Positions 57,664-64,000 of a DNA stretch of 64,000 bases are shown here, one piece after another (positions within the stretch are counted from its first letter, which is position 1; the number at the start of each line of letters is the position of its first letter). The position numbers were made by a program, and so were the translations under genes. The stretch comes from Candidatus Omnitrophota bacterium. Its GTDB lineage: Bacteria > Omnitrophota > Gorgyraeia > Ghiorseimicrobiales > Ghiorseimicrobiaceae. A model generated the notes under the pieces. That model was given only the letters and a program-made list of their open reading frames with translations. It was not told the DNA's origin and did no database searches. Where the stretch lies: contig JAUXSB010000037.1 of assembly GCA_030681595.1 (NCBI GenBank), positions 64,319 through 128,318 on the forward strand. Reading direction: 5' to 3'.

Positions 57664-58626
57664 TTATTCTGCCATAGCGCTTGCTATTTTGGCAGGCGAT
57701 AGTTGTTGTGTACCCATATACCAGTCAATAGTTTTTGCGAGGCCGTCATAAAGATTAACTTCAGATTTATAATTTAAAATATTATATGCTTTTGAGGTGT
57801 CGCAAAGTGTCTTAGAAATAGTATCTTCAAATAGCGGCAAGAACTTGGGCGCCTGGTTCTTGCCGCATATTTTGTTTACGTAACTAACCATATTATAAAT
57901 AGTGCAATTTGTTCCTGTGCCGGTGTTAAATACATCAAATTTTACTTTTTTAAGCTGCGTGGCTAAGATATTTGCTTCCACCGCATCATCAATATAAGTA
58001 AAATCGCGCAGAAAATGCGGTTGGGTATAGAGTAAAGGTTCTTTGTTGTTTGCGATGCTTTCGATAGCCATGCCGATAAAGCCATCCTTTAAGGACTGCC
58101 GCGGCCCATAGACAGAAAAATGCCTTAGCGATATCGTTTCAATGCCGTATCTATCGCTGAAAAACTTACAGTAGTTTTCCGCGACAAATTTACTTAAGGC
58201 ATAAGGCGTCAGCAGATTTGGTGAATGCGTCTCTGACTGGGGGAAAATCTTAGAGCTTCCATAGATTTTAGCCGAGGATGAAAAAATAAAGCGCCTGACG
58301 CTATTAGTGACAGCGGCTTGCAGCATATTTAGTGTTCCATTGGCATTGATTTGGATTGTTTTAACAGGGTTTTCTACCGATGACCTTATTGAAGCAATGG
58401 CCGCATTATGAAATATTACGTCAATATCCTGGCAAGCCTGCGCGCATATATCCGTATCCAGTATATCGCCGTTGATTATTTCAAGTTGCGAGCTATCAAA
58501 AGACTTAAAATCCGATATTTTGCTGGTAGATAAATTATCCAGTATCCTTACAAAATTACCTTCCTTAAGAAGCCTTTCAGTAATATGCGAACCGATAAAT
58601 CCAAGTCCGCCAGTTACTAGGCAACG
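57664..58626 (-). CDS. NAD-dependent epimerase/dehydratase (extended SDR).
   Basis: 'MRCLVTGGLGFIGSHI' Rossmann motif and YxxxK 'YALSK'. Confidence 0.8.
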   Translation of the reverse strand, partial: RCLVTGGLGFIGSHITERLLKEGNFVRILDNLSTSKISDFKSFDSSQLEIINGDILDTDICAQACQDIDVIFHNAAIASIRSSVENPVKTIQINANGTLNMLQAAVTNSVRRFIFSSSAKIYGSSKIFPQSETHSPNLLTPYALSKFVAENYCKFFSDRYGIETISLRHFSVYGPRQSLKDGFIGMAIESIANNKEPLLYTQPHFLRDFTYIDDAVEANILATQLKKVKFDVFNTGTGTNCTIYNMVSYVNKICGKNQAPKFLPLFEDTISKTLCDTSKAYNILNYKSEVNLYDGLAKTIDWYMGTQQLSPAKIASAMAE

Positions 58627-58643
58627 CATAAAATTAACCTCCT

Positions 58644-59531
58644 TCAAATTCCTGGCCAAACAGGCTGCTGCTCCATCCAGTCAAACAGTTGCTCATAGAC
58701 ATCTTTATGTATCCTGGCCCACTTGATAATTTTTTCGAGCTGCTTCCTGCTTTTTGCAATTGGAATATTCACTCCTGCCCATTTAAATAGGCCTTCTAAT
58801 TTATGAGTATTGACTCTAAATATTGCAAAGGGTATGCGTGCTTTAGACGCCGCATATACGCCGTGGTGTTGGCCTGTAATATAGATATTGGCATTGCGCA
58901 GGCTGCTGACAATGTAGGACCAGTCAGCGATACTGTCTAAACGCTCTGCTTCTCCTCCAAAATTTAATCTGGGCATGCCCGTAAACATAGGGTGCGTATG
59001 GTCAAATGCGTCAAATCTATGCATATTTCTAGGATAAAAGGTACCCACGACATCCTTTCCTGAAAATTGACCTGATTCCTTAGATTCATCAACCTTATAT
59101 GAATAGCTTAAGTCAAGGTACATCTGCGGCTTAACGCCTTGTGTTTTCTCCATTTCTTTTTGACTGCAAATTTCTCTTACCCATAAACCGTCTAATGATT
59201 TTAATACATTTCTCCATCCGGGATTCATTTTCTGCCATACGCAGTTTATTAAATATGCCTTTTTACCTAGTTGCTTGGCTAATTTTAACCCTTCAAGAAG
59301 GCTGCTCGCGCGTCCCTTGTGCCAGCTGGTTCTCTCGTTATTTAACGCCCCTTCGCCATTTACTATAATAGCATCGCATTCGTGGATTGCTTTTAGGTCG
59401 GGTCCGTGTGGCCTGAGCGTAGAACAAGTAATATCATGGCCTTTAGCAATAAGCTTCTCTCTAAGTGAAGCCATTGCAGCCCAGCTGCCAGCGTGATATC
59501 TAGATGTATCATTAGCGATATATACTTTCAT
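58644..59531 (-). CDS. Hypothetical protein (polysaccharide-modification candidate; weak resemblance to pyruvyl-transferase-like proteins).
   Basis: ORF only. No confident motif. Confidence 0.35.
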   Translation of the reverse strand: MKVYIANDTSRYHAGSWAAMASLREKLIAKGHDITCSTLRPHGPDLKAIHECDAIIVNGEGALNNERTSWHKGRASSLLEGLKLAKQLGKKAYLINCVWQKMNPGWRNVLKSLDGLWVREICSQKEMEKTQGVKPQMYLDLSYSYKVDESKESGQFSGKDVVGTFYPRNMHRFDAFDHTHPMFTGMPRLNFGGEAERLDSIADWSYIVSSLRNANIYITGQHHGVYAASKARIPFAIFRVNTHKLEGLFKWAGVNIPIAKSRKQLEKIIKWARIHKDVYEQLFDWMEQQPVWPGI

Positions 59532-59547
59532 CTTTTTATTTAACGGT

Positions 59548-59606
59548 TACCGTGGAAATCATCATCCAGCCGTTCAATATCATCTTCTTCCAAATAGCTT
59601 CCGCTT
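59548..59606. repeat. 59-bp direct repeat (58/59 identical) duplicating the last ~19 codons of manC; copy 1.
   Basis: Identical to 61885-61943 apart from one A/G. The reverse complement translates to 'EVQSGSYLEEDDIERLDDDFHGNR*'. Confidence 0.9.
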
Positions 59607-59612
59607 TGGACT

Positions 59613-60395
59613 TCACTTTGTAATGTCGTGCCCGCTTCCGCTGTTTCTACCCGTTGCGCACCCCCCGGGGTGCGTATGGTTGTATTGTCCAAAGGTATAT
59701 TCCAAGTTTTTGAGGTCGTTTATCATCTGGTTGTGAAATTCAGGTAGATATTCTAATATGATATTGCCGTTCCAGCCGCTTTCTTTCAAATAGCCCACTA
59801 TGTCTTTACAAAAATCGTCAATAGGCAGGTGATGTTTTTCGCTCCCCTTAGAAGAAAGATGGACATTTACAATATTTTCTTTGTAGTTTTTAACTAAATG
59901 CCAGATTTTTTCATTATCTTCTATGTGGGCAGCATCCAGCGTCATTGGTAAGTTAAATTTGACTATTTCATCGGGGTCAAAAACTCTTCTTTTTCCAGTA
60001 AAAGTTTCGATGCTAAAAATAATTTTTCCTTTATATAATTGGTTAAAATACCTTAAATTTTGAAGCGCTTTCTTTTGATTGATTTGGTTTTTGTTTGTAT
60101 TATTTGGATGCAGCGTTATGATCCCCACATTTAGCAGTATTGCGAAGTCGGCTATTTCTTTCCCCCATATCTTAAATTCTTCATTTGTAAGAGGCGCTTG
60201 TACCGCGTGGATAGACAAAATTTCCGTGGAAAAACTTTTTATTTTTTCAGCGATTACTTTTAAATGCGGCCTAATTGGATTATAAATATCCCGATAATAG
60301 GGTAATGCTAATTCAATAGGCGTATTTAAGCCGGATAGCCTTTCTTCTATTTGTTCGATGTTTTCAAATGATTGTCTAATCCCAAATTTTAACAT
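59613..60395 (-). CDS. Hypothetical protein, possibly a xylose-isomerase-like TIM-barrel sugar-phosphate isomerase/epimerase.
   Basis: ORF only. The assignment is weak. Confidence 0.3.
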   Translation of the reverse strand: MLKFGIRQSFENIEQIEERLSGLNTPIELALPYYRDIYNPIRPHLKVIAEKIKSFSTEILSIHAVQAPLTNEEFKIWGKEIADFAILLNVGIITLHPNNTNKNQINQKKALQNLRYFNQLYKGKIIFSIETFTGKRRVFDPDEIVKFNLPMTLDAAHIEDNEKIWHLVKNYKENIVNVHLSSKGSEKHHLPIDDFCKDIVGYLKESGWNGNIILEYLPEFHNQMINDLKNLEYTFGQYNHTHPGGCATGRNSGSGHDITK

Positions 60396-60505
60396 ATGTA
60401 ATTTAAAATTACTTTAATTTTCCTGTCGCGTTTTATTATGCTATGTAGTTTAGTTTTAACTAAATTTCAAGACATAATTGAATTTTTTTTAAAATAACCA
60501 TACTT

Positions 60506-60546
60506 TACCACCTCCGAGGAGACCTTTGGCCACCTCGGAGGTGGTA
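60506..60546. repeat. 14-bp inverted repeat TACCACCTCCGAGG/CCTCGGAGGTGGTA; GC-rich palindromic element related to the one at 16506.
   Basis: Read directly in the spacer between 59613-60395 and 60555-61220. Confidence 0.7.
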
Positions 60547-60554
60547 TTTCGTCT

Positions 60555-61220
60555 TCAAATTATTTTTTGCGCCAGGCGATGAAGTTCTGGATTGGCTAAA
60601 GCTGCTACCTTCTTTTTGACTGTCCGGGAATAATATTCTCTTTCTGTCTTGCTTAGCTTTTCACCTTTGAGTTTTTTAAAAAACAGCTCTTTCTGTTTAG
60701 GAGAAAAAACCTGTGAAAGAGCGTATTCAAGATCAAATCCCTCTTTCATGGTGACAAAATCTTTTAGTTTTGCCTCTTCCTTATGAAAATAGTTACTGAA
60801 TGTGTTTTTTAGCCTCTGCGGCGATAAGCGCATGCCGCAAACTGTAAGTTCATCCTTATTCTTAAATTTACCAAGGTATGAGTTAAAAGCTTTTTGATAT
60901 TGTGCGAGATTTTTAGAAACATCATTAACCCAGAAAAAAACTAAATCAAGGGTTTTATATAAAGCAAGCGACATTATTAGCAATTGATCTAAACATTTTT
61001 TTTCAGCCTGTTTTTTAAGCTGAACTTTTACTTTTTCATATTCAAATAAGCCATCTTTGGCGGCATTTGCCAATAAAAGAGGAAAGCCTTCCCATAGCCG
61101 CAGGTTATGACTTGTAACAGCTTGAGCCAGGGTAGCATTAGCGTCAACGTCTTCGTCTTTTTCTAAAAGAGGATAACCCATTATTCCGACTTTTTTTAAG
61201 AGCGCTTCATTTTTCATTGT
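60555..61220 (-). CDS. Hypothetical protein, putative partner of the upstream nucleotidyltransferase.
   Basis: ORF with an internal Met start at 'MKNEALLKK'. Overlaps the upstream gene by 14 nt. Confidence 0.35.
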   Translation of the reverse strand, partial: TMKNEALLKKVGIMGYPLLEKDEDVDANATLAQAVTSHNLRLWEGFPLLLANAAKDGLFEYEKVKVQLKKQAEKKCLDQLLIMSLALYKTLDLVFFWVNDVSKNLAQYQKAFNSYLGKFKNKDELTVCGMRLSPQRLKNTFSNYFHKEEAKLKDFVTMKEGFDLEYALSQVFSPKQKELFFKKLKGEKLSKTEREYYSRTVKKKVAALANPELHRLAQKII

Positions 61221-61797
61221 ATAATCCTTCTTTATGAAGAATTTTAACAAAATACGATAAATTCTTATTAATTTTTTCTTCCGAAACGTCATATGAGGCA
61301 GTTTCATTAAAACGTTTCAAGAGTATTTTTAAGTCAATTTCGTGTTTTTTGGCTTTTACCAAAAGCAGGCAATCATCTATATCAACACTGCTTGCCCTAA
61401 AAAGCTTACTGATGATAAGATCGTAATGATTAAGTACTCCTAGATAAACAGATTTAAATTCTTTAATCAGTGTGTGATTTCCTTCTTTAAGCGGTGATTC
61501 CAGCAATTCTGTCGTATGGATCCGTTTTCCCCTGAATAAGTCAAAAATAAATCCCCCGTCTTTTGTCCATCCGGAACCGCTAGCGTGCTTGTAGCCTAAA
61601 TCTTGTAAAATACGCAAAAGATAATCATATTCTGTTTCGTTGGGCACTAATAGGTCGATATCCTTAGTGGATTCTTTTATGCCTAAAAGTGTCATAGCTG
61701 TGCCGCCGCAGGCGATCAAATGTACCTCTCGCTTAAGATAGCTGTTCCATGCAGAAAGCGTATCTAGTAAACTGTTTTTATTTATCCTATGTTCCAT
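61207..61797 (-). CDS. Pol-beta-superfamily nucleotidyltransferase-domain protein.
   Basis: 'HLIACGGTAMTLLGIKESTKDIDLLV' fits the hG[GS]-x(9-13)-DhD signature. Confidence 0.5.
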   Translation of the reverse strand: MEHRINKNSLLDTLSAWNSYLKREVHLIACGGTAMTLLGIKESTKDIDLLVPNETEYDYLLRILQDLGYKHASGSGWTKDGGFIFDLFRGKRIHTTELLESPLKEGNHTLIKEFKSVYLGVLNHYDLIISKLFRASSVDIDDCLLLVKAKKHEIDLKILLKRFNETASYDVSEEKINKNLSYFVKILHKEGLYNEK

Positions 61798-61874
61798 ACA
61801 ATTATTTGTATAAATTCATACAACTTCTTGTATATAATTATACAAGATATTTGATGTTTTGTCAAGGGCCTTCA

Positions 61875-63341
61875 TTATCTCTTAAAATCATCATCCAGCC
61901 GTTCAATATCATCTTCTTCCAAGTAGCTTCCGCTTTGGACTTCTACGATTTTAAGCGGTTTGTTTGCCGGGTTTTCCAAACGGTGCAGTTGTTCCGGAGC
62001 GACAAAGATACTTTCGTTGCTATGTACAAGATTTTCTTTACCTTGGCAGGTAACCTTTGCTGTGCCTTCTACTACTACCCAGTGCTCGCTTCTGAATTTA
62101 TGCCGTTGCAAACTTAGGCGTTTGCCTGCCAAAAGCTCAATTACCTTAACTTTATAGCCATTCCCTTTATTTATTACTGTATATGTTCCCCATGGACGTT
62201 TTACGGTATTTGATGAAAAATGTTCGTAGCCGCCGGCTTGTTTTACTTTTTCTACCATCTTCTTTACGTCTTCTGCCTTTTCTTTGTGGCAGATAAGAAG
62301 CGCGTCTTCCGTATCAGCGATAATTAAATCTTTAAGCCCGATAGTTGAGATAAGGCGGTTTTGACCGAGTATTATTACGTTTCGGCTGTCTATGTCTATG
62401 GAATTTGCCTGAACAATATTTTCGTTTTTATCCTTAGAAAGAAGCGTATCCAAGGCGCAAAGAGTGCCCAAATCGCTCCAACCAAGGTTAAATACTGGGA
62501 TAACAACGCTATTTTTTGACTTTTCAAGCACTCCGTAGTCAATGGATATGGAATTAAGATTTTTATATATTTTTTGGATATCTTCGCCATTTGCGATTTT
62601 TGTCAGCTCCTTATGCAATTTGGGCAGGTATTTTTTTGTTTCGTTTAATATAACTTTTGCCTTGACAATAAACATTCCGCTGTTCCAGAAGTAATTTTTA
62701 TCCTTGATGTACTTTTTTGCTTTTTTAAGATCCGGCTTTTCTACGAATTTTTGCACTTTATGCCATTTTGCATTTTTAATTTTTAATTTTTCATTTACCT
62801 TGATATAGCCATATCCGGTCGCGGGGTTTGTGGGTTTGATACCCAAAGTTACGATATGATTATCTTTGGCGACAGTTACAGCCGTTTTAAGCGTAGAGAT
62901 GAATTTCTTGTTATCGGCGATATGATGATCCGCGGGTAGTATGATTAGGGTTGGATCGCTATCTTTCTTAATGATGTTGACAGCGGCAAGTCCTATAGCA
63001 GGGGCTGTGTTTTTGCCTTCCGGCTCAATTATTATATTGCTTTCGGGTATGCCGAATATTGATGCCTGCTGTGTAAGTTCAAATTTATGCAGGTTGTTAG
63101 TTATAATATAAATTAGCGCAGGCGTTACTAACGGGATAATCCGCTTTATGGTTTGCTGAAGCAGTGATTCATCGCCGTAGAATTTCAGTAAATGTTTTGG
63201 CTCTATTTGGCGGCTTAGGGGCCAAAATCTGGTTCCAGAGCCTCCGGCAAGGATAACCGCGTATGTATTGTCTTTCGTTGTGGATATTGAGTTGTGAGTA
63301 TCGCGTTTCATTTTTTGATAAATGGGATAAATATGATACAC
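61875..63341 (-). CDS. manC: Mannose-1-phosphate guanylyltransferase / mannose-6-phosphate isomerase (bifunctional ManC type, cupin C-terminus).
   Basis: 'AVILAGGSGTRFWPLSR', 'GYGYIK' and a C-terminal cupin 'HRSEHWVVVEGTAKV'. Confidence 0.9.
   Translation of the reverse strand: MYHIYPIYQKMKRDTHNSISTTKDNTYAVILAGGSGTRFWPLSRQIEPKHLLKFYGDESLLQQTIKRIIPLVTPALIYIITNNLHKFELTQQASIFGIPESNIIIEPEGKNTAPAIGLAAVNIIKKDSDPTLIILPADHHIADNKKFISTLKTAVTVAKDNHIVTLGIKPTNPATGYGYIKVNEKLKIKNAKWHKVQKFVEKPDLKKAKKYIKDKNYFWNSGMFIVKAKVILNETKKYLPKLHKELTKIANGEDIQKIYKNLNSISIDYGVLEKSKNSVVIPVFNLGWSDLGTLCALDTLLSKDKNENIVQANSIDIDSRNVIILGQNRLISTIGLKDLIIADTEDALLICHKEKAEDVKKMVEKVKQAGGYEHFSSNTVKRPWGTYTVINKGNGYKVKVIELLAGKRLSLQRHKFRSEHWVVVEGTAKVTCQGKENLVHSNESIFVAPEQLHRLENPANKPLKIVEVQSGSYLEEDDIERLDDDFKR
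61885..61943. repeat. 59-bp direct repeat, copy 2 (the authentic 3' end of manC).
   Basis: See copy 1 at 59548-59606. Confidence 0.9.
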
Positions 63342-63667
63342 CCGGTAACTATTGCATTTAGTACGGCAATCAAGACTCCCCCCGCGGCGATATCTTTAAG
63401 CATTTTTACCGTATTGTGGTATCTTTTGCCGTTAGCGTAGTCAAGAAGCAGTTCAAAAGCTGTATTAACTGTTTCAGCAACAAGCACAATGGTTATCGCA
63501 AGGCTTAGGAATAGCCACTCAATACGCGCAATATGTAAATATGCCCCAAATGCTATAGCCAAAACCGCGGCTAAGCAATGTGTGCGCATATTATGTTCGC
63601 TTTTTATGACAAAAGTAAGCCCGGTAATCGCAAACTTAAAACTTTGTAATAAGTTGCGCTTAAACAT
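63308..63667 (-). CDS. dgkA: Diacylglycerol kinase (DgkA family, small prokaryotic type).
   Basis: 119 aa, three TM helices, 'ETVNTAFELLLDY' with 'GKRYHNTVKMLKDIAAGGVL'. Confidence 0.75.
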   Translation of the reverse strand: MFKRNLLQSFKFAITGLTFVIKSEHNMRTHCLAAVLAIAFGAYLHIARIEWLFLSLAITIVLVAETVNTAFELLLDYANGKRYHNTVKMLKDIAAGGVLIAVLNAIVTGCIIFIPFIKK

Positions 63668-64000
63668 TATAGATACCTATAGATATATTCCGGGATGTGG
63701 TAGCGGATACCTGTGAGTATGAAGCCTAATATTTTTGCCTCTGCCTGCAAAAGCAGGCTTTGGGCGTGTGCTAGTGCACCGCGCTGGGTCCTGCCTGCCT
63801 GTACTACCAAAAATACGCCGTCCGACTGTGCGCCTAAGACTTGCGGGTCGGTAAGAGGTATGACCGGCGGCGCGTCAAATAAGATATAGTCGTATTTGGT
63901 TCGAAATGCAGCAATAAGGTTTTTCATCTTGTTAGATGCTAAAAGCTCTGCCGGATTATGCGGTATTTTACCCGCGGCGATAACGTCTAAATTGCTTACA
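63667..64000 (-). CDS. Partial CDS (N-terminus outside window): C-terminal catalytic end of a BY-kinase (Wzc/EpsB-type tyrosine autokinase) with a Tyr-rich tail.
   Basis: 'YDYILFDAPPV' (Walker B-like), 'GFILT', and C-terminal 'RYHIPEYIYRYL'. Confidence 0.75.
   Translation of the reverse strand, partial: VSNLDVIAAGKIPHNPAELLASNKMKNLIAAFRTKYDYILFDAPPVIPLTDPQVLGAQSDGVFLVVQAGRTQRGALAHAQSLLLQAEAKILGFILTGIRYHIPEYIYRYL

Overview
AT-rich window from a diderm (Gram-negative-type) bacterium, with an outer-membrane BamE-like lipoprotein, a LolA-like protein, an exosortase and PEP-CTERM proteins. No rRNA, tRNA, CRISPR array, transposase or integrase was recognised.

Layout:
- 1-12.9 kb: housekeeping and signalling genes. 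A partial ParA-like ATPase is fused to a CBM48-like carbohydrate-binding domain. Also present are two PFL-activase-like radical SAM enzymes, UppP, an M48 protease, a nuclease, three stand-alone PilZ proteins, and a sigma-54 NtrC-type response regulator with a GAF histidine kinase.
- 12.9-22.7 kb: a lipid-like module. It holds a fatty-acyl-AMP ligase/ACP/PlsC-type acyltransferase fusion, two PEP-CTERM-associated N-acyl amino acid synthase paralogs, a LolA-like protein with a FtsX-permease/ABC-ATPase exporter, an outer-membrane beta-barrel candidate and a LuxE/PaaK-like adenylating enzyme.
- 22.7-25.2 kb: three PEP-CTERM substrate proteins.
- 25.2-64 kb: one uninterrupted minus-strand run of more than 30 tightly packed genes. 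This is a Wzx/Wzy-dependent exopolysaccharide locus of the exosortase/EpsI type, read from the window's right edge down to 26.4 kb. It contains many GT4 and GT2 glycosyltransferases, two CE4 deacetylases, two FemAB-like proteins, a SPASM radical SAM, a CapK-like ligase, a methyltransferase, ManC, DgkA and the C-terminus of a BY-kinase.

Most notable: an embedded sub-module of three tandem alkaline-phosphatase-superfamily (nucleotide pyrophosphatase/phosphodiesterase-like) paralogs, a DUF2061 membrane protein, CysD/CysN ATP sulfurylase, and a CDP-alcohol synthesis/transfer pair. Two of the phosphodiesterase-like proteins and the DUF2061 protein end in the same short C-terminal motif as CysD. 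This suggests an undescribed sulfate- or phospho-alcohol-decoration system for the exopolysaccharide.

Other sequence-level observations: a 59-bp direct duplication of the manC 3' end flanks a 2.3-kb islet carrying a nucleotidyltransferase gene pair. A family of GC-rich CACCCCC/GGGGGTG palindromes lies in intergenic spacers.
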